From contig NC_073407.1 of NCBI RefSeq assembly GCF_028641065.1, forward strand, positions 18,476,001-18,540,000: DNA of 64,000 nt, read 5' to 3'. Every line of letters starts with the position of its first letter. The first letter of the stretch is position 1. The notes beneath the pieces were generated by a model. It saw nothing but the letters and a program-made list of their open reading frames with translations. It had not been told where the DNA came from and did no database searches. The translations under genes were made by a program, and so were the position numbers. Source of the stretch: Leucoraja erinacea (Eukaryota). Of the stretch, positions 1 to 13,165 are shown piece after piece.

Positions 1-857
1 TTGTTGATTTCAGAAGAGCTCAAGATAGATAATTGAGGAAAAACATTTGTGAAGCTCCAGGGAAAGAATTGGAGAATGGAAATGAGTTTTTTCATACCAA
101 TATCCAACACGGGCCTGCTGGGTTACAAGAACCCTCTATATTGCTGCAGTGATTCTATAAATTTCAAAACATGATGGCTAAAAAAATACTCTAACAATAA
201 TTAGTTAAACTTTTAAAAACTGATCAGCAAAGTTCACTTATTACTAAAGATCTACTGTGAAAATACCTGAATTTAACCTTGCAGTTTAATATGGAGATAA
301 TACATTTTTAATATTAATCAAGTCTGGAGTTTGTAATAAAGAAATTTCCTTGAGGAGCCAACTCCTGGATGAATAATTAGAATTTAGCCTTTCCATTAAA
401 ACTTACAAGCCAGTAATGTGGCCATTTCCAAATGAACACGGAAACATTATCAGCTTAGTGACCGATGCTGTAATGTAAAACATCTGCAGTGTGATAAAAT
501 ATTAGTTTTGTTCTATCCAGGTCCCCTCTTTCAATGGTATAGCTTTTTATCCATTTATGAAAGGAAAACAAATACAATTTGGGGGGGGGGGGGAAGTTGT
601 GAATTTTTTTAAACATTTACAATTTTGAACTATCAAATTTTTAGATATTGCACATTGACCCTCATTTAAGAAATTATATTGTGACTTTATTGAACAATTT
701 ACAGATTCGTTTCTTAAAAGTGATGCAATTTCTCCACTTACCCATCAGCATATAGGAGAATAACATGATCGTGTACGAAATGTACGATAGTCGCTATCAA
801 TTCCTGGAAGGAATTCAGGAGAAACATCAAGGAATGCCCCGAAAGTGGGAATCATTA

Positions 858-1505
858 CCACAAGAAGATAGTCAAGAGTGTTCAATTATCATATGTACTG
901 ACAACGAAACAATGAAATTCTTATTTGCCACAGTAGCTTGCCACTGAGTGCAATAGCATATAGATAAATATATTATAATCAATAATATCTTAATAAATTA
1001 ATAACTGTTATACTAGATAACCATATCATGCAAAACTGAAGTCCGGAATGCAACGAAAGAGTCCATGGAAGATCATAGGTAGACACAAAATGCTGGAGTA
1101 ACTCAGCAGATGAGGCAGCATCTATGGAGAGAAGGAATTGGCGATGTTTTGTGCACTACAGACATGGAAGATCATCATTGCTGGGGTTGATGTTGTAGAG
1201 TTTTCAGGAGCCGGATGATTGCTGTGAATAGACTGCCATTGAACCTGGTGGTCCTAGTTTTCAACCTCTTGTACTTTCTCCCCGATGGTGGTAGTGGAAT
1301 GAAAATGTGGTCAGGGTGATGTGTAGCTTTGATGATATTGGCTTCCTATTAGAAGCAGCGCCTCCTATAGATCCCTTCGATTGTGGGGAGGTCAGTAGTT
1401 GTGACTGATCGAGTAGTGTCTCTGTAGTCTCATTCATTTCTGGGCATTAGTTGAATCTAGCAGTGATATAACCAATCAGTCTGCTCGCTACCATATACCT
1501 AGATG
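858..1505 (-). mobile_element. Old Rex1/Babar-like LINE 3' fragment, interrupted by a mini-PLE insertion
   Basis: Reverse complement resembles the RT C-terminus and 3' UTR of the Rex1 copies at 28035 and 61682; heavily diverged. Confidence 0.55.
1077..1162 (-). mobile_element. Mini Penelope-like (PLE) terminal-repeat insertion
   Basis: gacacaaaatgctggagtaactcagc...ggcgatgtttt matches the PLE terminus; 13-bp TSD catggaagatcat at 1064-1076 and 1163-1175. Confidence 0.8.
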
Positions 1506-1654
1506 AGATGAACAGCATAATATTTTTATGAGGAATACAGATGAATGCCTTAAGGAGAAATGGTTAGCAAATGATGGCAAAGTAGAAAATGATGGCAAAC
1601 ACTGCCAAGGACTAAATATAATAAAAAGGGGACTGCAGTTGTTTGTTTATAGCA

Positions 1655-2218
1655 AAGATAGATCCAAAGTGCTGGAGTAACTCAGTGGGTCAGGCAGCAT
1701 CTCTGAAGAAAATGCAGTTTGATGTTTCAGGTTGAGACCCTTCTTCTGATCGATTGTAGGGGAGGGGGACTGGAAACAATAAAAGGCCAGGACAAATCAG
1801 GGCCAGCAACAAATGACCTCAGGCAGGGTGCTTCCCTAATAGGTCAATTATTCACTAAGGACAGTGTGATCCCAAGAAAGAGACATCATTACAAAGAGAG
1901 GGGAGTGTCTGTATAATTGACCTGAAATCGGAGAATTCAACATTCACACCTGGGCTGTAAGCCAATTTGCATGTGGCCTTCCTCTGTGTAAAGGAGGAAT
2001 CCCTGGACAGAAAGGACAGTATATGAATAGGAAGGGGAGTTAAAATGGTTAGCAACCGGGAGATCCAGTAGGCCTTGGCGGACTTAGCGTAGGTGTTCAG
2101 CGAAATGGTTGCCCAGTTTATGCTTGGTCTCACTGAGGTAAAGGAGCCCTCATTGGGAACACTGGATACAGTAGATGAGATGAGAGGACGTGCATGTGAA
2201 CCTCTGTCTCACCTGGAA
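1655..2218 (-). mobile_element. Penelope-like element 3' part: decayed GIY-YIG endonuclease plus terminal repeat
   Basis: Reverse complement reads FQVRQRFTCTSSHLIYCIQCSQ*GLLYLSETKHKLGNHFAEHLR, homologous to ORF 44577-44903; terminal repeat at about 1655-1750. Confidence 0.85.
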
Positions 2219-3335
2219 TACATTTAATACTGCCTGGAAATACATTTAATATAATAGAACTGCCATGGACATAGAGCTATGATTGACTATTTTAACATTG
2301 TCAAAGTAAACTTTAAAGATACTAAAGTAAAATTGTAATAAATCTGAATAAGATTGACACCACTGTCATCATTCTGCTTATTGGCAGGTACCTGTGTGGA
2401 GGCAAGTTTTCATTGTGAAACAACCGGTGGAAATCTCGATAAGCAATTTAATTCCCAAAGCTCTTTGGCCAAAATCCAATTATTCATCTGGCAAAAACTT
2501 AACATAGAATTCATTGGCACCTCAATCATAATCCCATTAAAGATGTGTTTGGAATCTTGAGGCAATTCTTCACATGATGAATTGATTTTTCCTTGCATAT
2601 TTCTGATAAGCCTGTAAAGAAATGTATGATTGTGAAGTGGATTATGACCTAAAGAAATGCAAGGGAAAAAGAAAATGAATGTTAAAATGGGGGGAGTGGG
2701 GGAGAGGGTTAGGAAATGGTGGGAGACTAGCTTTGGTGAGGATGAAACTAACGTTTACCAATAAAAGCACCATCTGTTTACCTTTAACTGGAACCATTGA
2801 CAACACTCGTTTCCTCAAATGCAAGGATAAGAATGGCATTCACCGTGTAAAGCAATTATGCGATGTGATTCCAGTTGAGTGAGTCAGGAAATTAACCCAT
2901 GAGTGTATTTTTGCCATTAATTATCATTGTAATTTTACTTGCCCCCCTCACACATGCACTTCCTGACTCTTTGGCTCCCAGTTTCAGAATGCTTAAATCT
3001 GTTTTTAGATCCCCAATGCTCTCTTTATCCCTATCTATGTTATCCCTTACATATTCCTGATGTCTATGTTCCTTTAATATTGGTATTTTGAGCATCCTTG
3101 ATTTTAATCACATTATTGTGCTTACCATTGCCAAAGCTTTAAGATCTGAAATTCTCTTCCTAAATCACTCCACCCCACCTCTCTTTCTTTCTTTTTTAAG
3201 CCACCACTTAGCATCTGATTCTTTGATCTGGCTTTATTGTCATTTGCAGAGCAATGAGGGCAAATGACAAAAAAGCCAGGCTTGTCCTGGTGTGAAATTT
3301 AGCTGTATAGCGTAGACACAAATTATATAATGTAA

Positions 3336-3844
3336 CTAGACCAAGTGCAGACCCGTTGGGTCTGTTCCCCCAACGTGCGGTTGTGGGGGGCGGAGGCGGC
3401 ATGCAGCGTCACACACTAACTATCCCCCCCCCCCCCCCCCCCGCACTCACGCTAATTACCCCCCTTGATATTATATGAATATTATAAATTTGCTCCTTTT
3501 ACTCCATAACCACCCTATCTACTGACGCATAGCCCCCAACTTGCAGTCACATCTAGAGGGGGGGGGGGGGGTAGAGAGTGAGGGCAGATGGAGAAGGGGC
3601 AGAGACAGAGAGTCCCTTTCCCTGCCTCCAGCGGGGGCAGCAGAGAGAATGGGGAATTTTGTAAAAACATTAATATCTCTGTCATATTTCATCGACAGGA
3701 AAAATCCTCGAAACACATACGGCGGAGGGGGGCTCTGAGCAAGGTGGCCAAAAATGACGGCCGTAGGTGGCGGCGTTCTCTCGGAAATCACAGCACAGAT
3801 GGCCAAAACCGGTCAAGAACAAGACTTTTAGTAATATAGATAGA
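3336..3844 (-). mobile_element. Non-autonomous Helitron with both ends
   Basis: On the minus strand it starts A|TC (3845|3844) and ends CTAG|T (3339-3336|3335); subterminal hairpin cagaccc-gtt-gggtctg at 3348-3364; no TSD. Confidence 0.85.
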
Positions 3845-4845
3845 TTATAGGGTTATTGTTGAGATATAATGATTTATACCTGAGAGTTGCTCTAAGATAA
3901 TTATACCAGAAAATTTCACATCAGGTTTTTAGCTTTTTATCTTCTGGTTGTATTTATATGATATTCAACTATATTTCTAGAAAAGCATTTATGTTTAAAT
4001 GTCTCCTTACTGTACAAACTGAAAGCCAACAAGCTGTGATTTAGTGAAGAGAAAATATGGAAAACAGATATTAAATTACCTCAGGCAATAATTAAGTTTC
4101 TGTTGGTAATAGTTATAGATATAATTGTTATATATTAATATAAGGGATAATTTAAAACATCTGATTTTCACCCAGAGCCCTTAATCTCAGAAAATTAAAA
4201 TTCTGGCAGATGGAGACGACTGTCCTTCCAGCCTTCAGGGTTCTTCACACTTAACTGACATCTGGATTCAATCTAAAGAAATGTCCAGCACAAAACCGAC
4301 CCAATTTACTTCTCTCTATCCTTTTTTGTGACTGAAACATGCTCATAATTGGAGAAGAAGCCCATCGTCTTTGAGTGCATTAAACAATATGAAGATCTAA
4401 AGCTTCTAACTTTCTAACTGGCACAGGAAACTATACGTTTCTGGAAGTGCATTGAAACACAGATCCAATTCATCTGATACTGTTAATACTGGCTGGTATT
4501 TCTTGCCTCCCATCTAACCAACAGGATTAAGTGATCTTCTTTAATCTAAATCGAGTTCAGCCAGTAGACGCTGTAATTGCACTCATTCTTCTTTGCATTC
4601 ATTTGTCAGCACATGTGGTTGCTTGCAAATTCAAAGACCAGATTGCAAATGGATCTTCCAAAAAGAAATGGAATAGAACGAGACTGAAGACATTTTTCCA
4701 ACAACAAAAAGAAGAAAATTTAGCAATGGCTTATAGCGTCTGTGTTGCCCTCTCTGAGAGTTAATGCATTAATAAATTCTATTACATTTGTAATACTCCA
4801 AGGAAAACTATTCATGGTGAGCAAGCAATGTATAATAAGCATGGA

Positions 4846-4924
4846 TAGTCGCAAAAAGCTGGAGTAACTCAGGCAGCATCTCTAGAGAAAAGGAATGGGT
4901 GACGTTTCGGGTCGAGACCCTTCT
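4846..4924 (-). mobile_element. Mini-PLE insertion ending inside the hammerhead-like core
   Basis: Reverse complement begins agaagggtctcgacccgaaacgtcaccc; 7-bp TSD gcatgga at 4839-4845 and 4925-4931. Confidence 0.8.
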
Positions 4925-5384
4925 GCATGGAATCAATCAAGCCCTATCATTAAGAAATAATGATTTCATTTAATATTTTCATCTCAGTGCTCCACACAAG
5001 ATAGATTGATGGCCACTGTAGGTCCATACACTTTTGAGCTACTTTGATTTTTTTCCCCACACCAATTCATAGTCTTCTGACTGAAATATATTTTTCTGAT
5101 ATTTTCCCCTCATCACATTTCATGTTACTTGAAGGGGTAAACACATGCTTTCTTTCTCATGTAGGTCTTGTGGTGGCCAGAAGGATACAGCAAGAATGGC
5201 TTGGAATTATCTGCTTTTGTTTGAATGCTCTTACTTTCAGGTGAAGTGTCTGTTACTTTCAGGCGAAGTATCTGCTAATTTTCAGAGATAGACAGAAGGG
5301 TCACCTGAGCCACATCTTGACCACATTCTCATTTCACTCCTGCCTCCGGGAAGAAGGTATAGGAGTCTGAAAACTATAACACTA

Positions 5385-6606
5385 TTCATTGTGATCATGG
5401 CTGATCGTCCCCTATCAATAACCCGTGCCTGCCTTTTCCCCATATCCCTTGACTCCACTAGCCCCCAGAGCTCTATCTAACTCTCTCTTAAATCCATCCA
5501 GTGATTTGGCCTCCACTGCCCTCTGTGGCAGGGAATTCCATAAATTCACAACTCTCTGGGTGAAAAAAGTGTTTTCTCACCTCAGTCTTAAATGACCTCC
5601 CCTTTATTCTAAGACTGTGGCCCCTGGTTCTGGACTCGCCCAACATAGGGAACATTTTTCCTGCATCTAGCTTGTCCAGTCCTTTTATAATTTTACATGT
5701 TTTTAAACAATTCCCCCTCATCCTTCTAAACTCCAGTGAATACAAGCCTAGTCTTTTCAATCTTTCCTCATATGAGTCCCGCCATCCCAGGGATCAATCT
5801 CGTGAACCTACGCTGCACTGCCTCAATCACAAGGATGTCCTTCCTCAAATTAGGAGACCAAAACTGTACACAATACTCCAGATGTGGTCTCATCAGAGCC
5901 CTATACAACTGCAGAAGAACCTCTTTACTCCAATACTGAAATCCTCTTGTTATGAAGGCCAATATTCCATTAGCTTTCTTCACTGCCTGCTGTACCTGTA
6001 AGCCAACTTTCAGTGACCGGTGTACAAGGACACCCAGGTCTCGCTGCACCTTCCCCTTACCTAACCTAGCCGCATTGAGATAATAATCTGCCCCCTTGTT
6101 TTTGCCGCCAAAGTGGATAACCTCACATTTATCTATATTATACTGCACCTGCCACGCATCTGCCCACTCACTCAACCTGTCCAGGTCACCCTGCAACCTC
6201 CTAACATCCTCGTCACAGTTCACACTGCCACCCAGCTTTGTGTCATCTGCAAACTTGCTAGTGTTGCTCCTAATTCCCTCTTCCAAATCATTAATATATA
6301 TGGTAAACAGCCTTGCGGCACTCCACTCGCCACTGCCTGCCATTCTGAAAAGGACTCGTTCACTACTCTGCTTCTGGTCTGCCAACCAATTTTCTATCCA
6401 TGTCAACACCCTACCCCCAATATCATGTGCTCTAATTTTAGTCACCATTCTCCTGTGCGGGACCTTATCAAAGGCTTTCTGAAAGTCTAGATACACTACA
6501 TCCACTGGCACCCCTTCATCCATTTTACTTGTCACATCCTCAAAAAATTCCAGAAGATTAGTCAAGCATGATTTCCCTTTCATAAATCCATGTTGACTTG
6601 GACTAG
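5385..6606 (-). mobile_element. CR1-clade LINE, 5'-truncated (RT C-terminal half and 3' end)
   Basis: ORF 5768-6634 has QHGFMKGKSCLTNLLEFF, YLDFQKAFDKVPH, FADD and RPHLEYCVQFWSP; ORF 5488-5760 has TRGHSLRI. Confidence 0.95.
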
Positions 6607-6639
6607 TACAATGTAATCTCATTTTCGCATTCACTTGTT

Positions 6640-6832
6640 ACATGCTAGCGGCTATTTACAGAGGCCAATTCCAACACACGCATGTTTTGGGGATATGAGA
6701 GGAAACTGGTGCCGCTGGAGGAAACCCACACAATCACAAATAGAATGTAAAAACTCCACACAACACTGGAGATCAGGATCAAACCTGGATCTCTGGTGCT
6801 GTGAGGCAGTAGCTCTACAAGCTATGCCACAG
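6640..6832 (-). mobile_element. tRNA-derived HE1/V-SINE-like SINE
   Basis: Reverse complement has a tRNA-like head and the tgtgtggagttt..ttct central domain shared with copies at 12868, 27378 and 31024. Confidence 0.75.
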
Positions 6833-7007
6833 TAGTACTGACTTGTATTATTTATTATTATATATTGATCTGCTGTTTTGCACTGAAGCTAAGCTGAAGC
6901 AAGTAGGAATTTAATTGTTGTCTGGTACAAATGATAATTAAACACTCTTGACTCTCTTGAGGTGAGTTTTTAATTTGGAGGCTGATCGCTACATGCAGCG
7001 GTAATGT

Positions 7008-7455
7008 GCAGGAACGAACTGCAGATGCTGATTTACACCGAAGATAGGCACAGAGTGCTGGAGTAACTCAGCGGGACAGGCAGCATCTCTGAAGAGAAGG
7101 AATTGGTGACATTTCGGGTCGAGACCCTTCAGACCGAGAGTCAGGGGAGATGTAAACTAGAGATATGGAAGAGTGAGGTGTGTGTGTGTGTGAAAAGAAC
7201 AGGTCAAAGCAGACCATGGTCGAGGAAATGTAGAATGGTTCATTGTTAGCTGAGAAGGTGACAACGCGACATACAATCAGTAAAATTAACCAGGACCGTT
7301 AAACGAGTCGGAGAACTAAGGTGGGGGAGGGACGGAGAGAGAGAGAAAGCAAGGGTTACTTGAAGTTAGATAAACCAAATTTAGATAGCTGGTTTGCAAG
7401 AAGATTAAGCGAAATATGAGGCGCTTTTCCACCAATTTGCGTTGCGACTCACACA
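7008..7455 (-). mobile_element. PLE 3' fragment (GIY-YIG C-terminus plus terminal repeat)
   Basis: CESQRKLVEKRLIFRL in ORF 7316-7675; terminus reverse complement ctgaagggtctcgacccgaaatgtc. Confidence 0.85.
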
Positions 7456-7469
7456 GACATTCTGCAGTC

Positions 7470-7690
7470 ATGTTTGCGGTCCTAGTGCTAGCGGCGGCCC
7501 ACGTGCCAGCGGCGGCCCTCGTGCCAGCGGCGCCCTCGTGCCAGCGGCGCCCTCGTGCCACCGGCGGCGCTCGAGGGCGGTGGCGGTTGGGGGAGGCGCG
7601 AGGCGAGCGCGCTGACTCTATTCCTCCATCGCCCCGAAGAGTTTGTGCCGTCTGCTGGCGCTGACATGTAGTCACCGTTCATCGGTCTTG
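7470..7690. promoter_or_regulatory. CpG-rich island with a 17-18 bp GC minisatellite (gtgccagcggcgccctc, about 5 units)
   Basis: Dense CpG in an AT-rich context; tandem units at about 7484-7575; no match to other repeats in the window; promoter role is only inferred. Confidence 0.4.
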
Positions 7691-8339
7691 ATAGAGAACA
7701 TTTAAAGCCAGTGTGATGCGAGCTGAAAAGATGACCCGGGGACTCAAACGGACTGGCAGAATGGAGCTGCCCAACTCTCTTCCTCTGTGGTCCTTGCTCA
7801 ATGTCCATGACCAAGTGCAGGCTAGATGATGCGTGGTCAAAGAGCGATGGCTCAGGCTCAGTGACTGTACCTGTAGTCAGGGCCAACATTACTGGGGCAA
7901 TTGTAATGGTGAGTCTTGCTGTTGACAGATTTTTGGCAAGAGATACTTCTCATACTCTTGCCAAGCTTTATGCATTGTGTACTTCAGTGGAAAGATCTAT
8001 AACATTGGTGGAATGGACACAAGTAGATATAATCCAAAACACCGAATTGTGCCAATAATGTGCTGACAGTTAGCTTTAAAAGCCAGTGCGATAATTAAAT
8101 TGTTATGAACTGGTTTGCTTTTGGATTTAATACCATTTACAAGTCTAACGTTATGTTATCTTGATGTTATGACTCTTGGAGAACCCTCATTTTACCTCAC
8201 TGTCTATCTCTTCCACTTTCCCCCCCATTTTTTAGGATACAGGGGAAGATAGGAGCAGGAACACATTACTCAGACCTATGAGTTTGAGATTGTAATTTAA
8301 CAAAAAAATCCACAACCTTCTCCTGTGGTATCGCTAGAC

Positions 8340-9483
8340 TGATATAGCGTGGAAACAGGCTCTTCGGCCCAACTTGCCCCCATGACCAACATGTTCCATC
8401 TACAGTAGTCCCACCTACCTGTGTTTTGCTCATACCCCTCTTAATCTACCCTATCCATATACCTATCTCATTGCTTCTTAAACGTAGTGATAGTCCCTGC
8501 CTCATTTACCTCCATCTTGTAACCTGGTGCAAAGACAATAACCTCCTCTGACAGCTCGTTCCATCCACCCAACACCCTTTGCGTGAATAAGTCACCCCTC
8601 AGATTCCTATCAAATCTTTCCCCTTCACCTTAAACCTATGTTCTCTGGTTCTCGATTTCCCCACTCTGGGCAAGAGGCTCTGTGCTTCCACCTGATCTAT
8701 TCCTCTCATGATTTTAGACACCTCTATAAGACCCCCCCCCCTCCCCATCCCCTTGGGCTGTAGGGAATAGGGTCCTAGCCTGCTCAACCTCCCTGTAGTT
8801 CTGGCCCTCAAATCCTGGCAACATCCTTGTAAATCTTCTCTGCACCCTTTCCAACTTAACAACATATTTCCTATAACATGGTGCCCAGAACTGAACGCAA
8901 TACTCTAAATGTGGCCTCACCAACTGCAACATGACCTCCCAACTATTACACTCAGTGAAGTACCAACTGTATCTGACTGATGAAGGCCAATGTGCCAAAG
9001 GTATTTTTGACCCATCTGCCTCTGACGCCACCTTCAAGGAACTGTGTGCCTGCATTCCTAGGTTATTCGACTCTGCTCTAAAACACTTCACAGAGCCATG
9101 CTATTCATTATGTAGGTCCTGTCCATGTTAGTCTTCCAAAATGCAACACCTCACATTTCTCTATATTAATTCCATTAACCATTCCCCAGCCCACCTGGCC
9201 AACCGATCAAGATCCTGCTGCAATTTTTGACAACTATTTTCACTACCATCAATACCACCCGCTTTTGTATCATCGGCAAATTTGCTAATCCTGCCATGTA
9301 CATTCTTATTCAAATCATTGATATAGATGACAAACAGTAATGGGCCCAGCACCAAACCCCGAGGCACACCACTAGTCATAGGTCTTCAGTTCGAGAAGCA
9401 ACCTCTCACCATCACGCTCTGCTTCCATCCATGAAGCCAATTCTTTATTCATTCAACGATCTCTCCATGGATCCTAAGCAATC
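8340..9483 (-). mobile_element. CR1-clade LINE, 5'-truncated and decayed
   Basis: GVPRGLVLGPLLFVIYINDL, FADD and RPHLEYCVQFW in ORFs 9161-9379 and 8714-9091. Confidence 0.93.
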
Positions 9484-9487
9484 TATA

Positions 9488-10161
9488 GGGAGGTTGCACG
9501 GCAGTCGTACTGTTGCCACGCAACGCCAACTGGCGTACACGCAGTGAACTGCAGGTAAGCACTTACCATGGCTTCCAGTGTAACGGGTCTATCTTCTGTT
9601 GCAGCATCTGGACTCCACGGTGACCGATTCCACACTCGCAGACCCTAGGACGTCTATCCCCACGGCTGGGGGTGGGGGGGAGGAGGTTGGGGGGGGCGGA
9701 GGGACCAGACTGTCCCCAACTCTGCTGCAGATGATGGGGAACTTTCCGGGTTTTCGTCCCCGTGTGTCTGCTGCCAGGAGCCACGGCACCGCTCCACCTG
9801 GCCCCATGTGTGGGTGCTGCCAACTGACAGCCCATGACAGTGCGGCCGCACAGGGGGAGGGTGGGCTGAGGGCGACCGTGGCCGGACAGCGCTGACCCTG
9901 GGGGGAGAGTGGGAGCTGTCCCGAGGAATGCGCTCCTTTGGCCACTTACACCTTGGTGCTTGGGTTCAGAGCAAAGGTACTAGAGCATTTGGATCGAAGT
10001 GCTCAGTCACCCTCCACAATTATTTACAGCGCAAAAATTTACCATTTCGGCGGTTTTTATCAGGTAAAAAAGTACGCGTTTCGTGTGCCATGTCCTCCAG
10101 ATGGATTGAGCTGCTCCGTGCGTCACGCCCTTTGACCCGATGACCTTACGTGCAACCCCCC
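9488..10161. mobile_element. Unclassified non-autonomous TIR element (MITE-like, 674 bp)
   Basis: TIRs gggaggttgcacg and cgtgcaacccccc (12 of 13 match), both flanked by tata (9484-9487, 10162-10165); GC-rich interior with no transposase. Confidence 0.75.
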
Positions 10162-10395
10162 TATAGTCGACTGAAATCTAGCTATGTTCGATTTAAAATT
10201 AACGATTGATATGTGCCTCATCTGAAAGACTTGACTCTCATTAATCCATGCCTTCAAATTGTAGACTCCTCAAACATGGGACATTGTGCCGCAGTTTCCC
10301 TTATCTGTTTCTTTCAACTGGTTTCCTGATAAGAGAAATACATTCTTTCTATTTATCCCATTAGGATTTTCATCATTTTATAAACTTTGCTTAAA

Positions 10396-10815
10396 NNNNN
10401 NNNNNNNNNNNNNNNNNNNNNNNNNNNNNNNNNNNNNNNNNNNNNNNNNNNNNNNNNNNNNNNNNNNNNNNNNNNNNNNNNNNNNNNNNNNNNNNNNNNN
10501 NNNNNNNNNNNNNNNNNNNNNNNNNNNNNNNNNNNNNNNNNNNNNNNNNNNNNNNNNNNNNNNNNNNNNNNNNNNNNNNNNNNNNNNNNNNNNNNNNNNN
10601 NNNNNNNNNNNNNNNNNNNNNNNNNNNNNNNNNNNNNNNNNNNNNNNNNNNNNNNNNNNNNNNNNNNNNNNNNNNNNNNNNNNNNNNNNNNNNNNNNNNN
10701 NNNNNNNNNNNNNNNNNNNNNNNNNNNNNNNNNNNNNNNNNNNNNNNNNNNNNNNNNNNNNNNNNNNNNNNNNNNNNNNNNNNNNNNNNNNNNNNNNNNN
10801 NNNNNNNNNNNNNNN
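10396..10815. other. Assembly gap (420 N)
   Basis: Run of N. Confidence 1.
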
Positions 10816-11571
10816 CGTTGGGTCCCAGCATCACACAGGAGGGCTGGTCACCAACGCAATATTCCACCTCTCCACCAATTCCAATATTGCTCGGCAGTGG
10901 GGGGGGGGGAGGCTCTCTGTTGCGCTAGTATGGGTGTTGCGGTCCGAAGGTACTGGTTTTGAGGGCCAGGTTAGACATTGTGGGTTGAATGGATTCTTGG
11001 GCTGGCATCCAACTGTTGCAACAATTTTAAAAGTCAAGCGAAAGCAAACAATTGGGCTGCAGCCACCTGACAACCAGAATTCATTTTGTGAACACAAACT
11101 TGTTAAAAAGGCAAGGCAAACAATTGGGCGGCAGCCACTGACAACCAAAATTCATTTTGTGAACACAAACTTGTTAAAAAGGTGAGGCAAACAATTGGGC
11201 TACTGCCACTTTACAGCCGCATCGAGGGGACTCACCGTGGAGTAGACGTGCGTTCAGTGTTATTCGTAGCTCAGAGAGTCGTGACCCTCGCTTCCTGGGT
11301 CTGGCAGAGACTGAGTGAAGCACTACACTTCCGGGTTTTATTGTCCCTACCCCTGCCGCCAGCAGAGAGAATGGGGAATTTAAAAAAAACATTAATATCT
11401 TTCTGATTTTTCATCGACGGGAAAAATCCTCTGGTGCCAGAAGGTGGACGGTGGCTCTGAGTGAGGTGGCCAAAAATGACGGCCGTTGTTGGCGGCGTTT
11501 TCTCGGAAATCGCAGCACAGTGGGCCAAAAGCGGTCAAGATCAGACTTTTAGTGATATATATATATATAGA
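10816..11571 (-). mobile_element. Non-autonomous Helitron, 3' tip hidden in the gap
   Basis: Starts with half-hairpin cgttgggtc as at 3354; 11340-11560 is homologous to 3612-3844; internal ~72-bp tandem repeat at 11040-11205. Confidence 0.8.
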
Positions 11572-11672
11572 TATCACTATATCTCTCCCTACATATCTCT
11601 ATCTCCCTCTCTCTATATATATATATATATATATCTATATACAGTATATATATATATATATCTCTCTATATC
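11555..11672. repeat. (TA)n/(TC)n compound microsatellite at the Helitron 5' end
   Basis: Seen directly. Confidence 0.9.
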
Positions 11673-12867
11673 TCTTTTCTAAATTGTAGTTTGTGACAGT
11701 TCTAACCAGTAGAATAGTGCATGGAACCTTTGCTATGGCCTCATATTTTATAGAGTATTATAGTGTAATTTCCTAGCTCTTGTAGTCTATGCTCAGTCAG
11801 TAAAGGCAAGTACCGTTCCACTTTAACCGATATAACTACATGTGCTGCCAACATATGCATTCAATCACACTTGTTAAGACTGAAATTCACTTGTCATTTT
11901 CATGCTCCACTAACTGGCCCATAGTTATCTTCTTGGAGACTTAAACTTTCCTTTTAATTGTTGACCACATTGTTGGTGTTACTGGCATCAGCAAACTGCC
12001 TAACTATGGCCTCTATATTTTAAACCAAAATGTTTACATGAACCGTTTTTTTAAAAGCACTTGGAACTGAGCCCTGTAGAACCCTTTTGCCTGCTTTCAA
12101 ACATAATCGCGTCCTGTCACTGAACCAATTTTTAATTCCATTTGCTACTTTACCTGGATCTCTAGGTTTAAAACATTCTTGGTCAATCTGCCACGTAGGA
12201 CATTGTTCAATCCCTTGCTAAAATTCATATGCACTACATTAAATGCATTACTTTTGAATCATTTCCTCATTAATTGCTCCTTCCCTTGAATCTCTAAATC
12301 AGTCTGAATCTTTCATAGACTTTCCATGACTGATGTTAATTGGACTGCATTTACTAAGTCATAATACCAATTGAGCAACTTTATTGTTCTCAGACACCTT
12401 AATTGTAGTCAAAGTGTATTGGAAAATGATAGTCAGGACCAGCACCTTATACCCCTGCTTGCTTCTTTAAAGAGCCTGCAAAACATTTAAACTGAATCTG
12501 GCAATTTATCCATTCTTGAAGGAACAAGACTGTTAACATGGCTTCTCTACATTTATCATTGTAAATATTTTATTTTTTTCCCCTGTAAAATTAATGCTCC
12601 TTCTGATTTGTATCACCAAATTCTCGTGCTCTGGCTCGAACAACAGTAAGACAGGTTACCAGTTCCAATGTAGCCACCTGATTAACTGTGAAACTGCTAA
12701 TGACATGTAGTTTGGTTCCCACTGACTAACCTTGCAAATGAAATCACAATTTGAAATTAAAGATGATAAATTCTAAAAGAAAAGCTCAACTAAATTTTAG
12801 AATGAAATCCCCCTTCCACTTGACCTCTTTACTCTTGTCTGTTTTAATCTGATTTTAGTCTGATTTT

Positions 12868-13165
12868 AGGTGACACCGCTAATAGAACTTTTGCTCCAGT
12901 GCTCCAGCTCCAGTGACAGGTGTTTGATCCTGATCTCCAGGCACGGTCTGTGGACTTTGCATGCTCTCCCTGCGACTGCATGAGTTTCCTCTGCATGGTC
13001 TGGTTGCTTCCCTCATCGCTAATACGTGCCGGTTGGTAGATTAATTGGCCACTATAAATTGCCCCTCTATGTAGGTAGAATTCTGGTGGAGTTAAAGTGA
13101 ATATGAGGCAAATAAAATGGGATTAGTGTAAATGGGTGGTTAATAATTGAGGGCCTGTTTGGTAT
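12868..13165 (+). mobile_element. HE1/V-SINE-like SINE, diverged
   Basis: gtttgatcctg B-box-like motif, tctgtggactttgcatgctctccc core, taaattgcccct. Confidence 0.7.

Noticed and set aside
6780-6832. tRNA-like A/B boxes here and in other SINE heads
   Set aside because: Parts of SINEs; no cloverleaf
7801-8058. 85-aa ORF downstream of the CpG island
   Set aside because: No recognisable domain; in-frame stops just upstream; a splice donor lies inside it
10286-11185. Long ORFs of 299, 191 and 158 aa
   Set aside because: Artefacts of translating through the N gap
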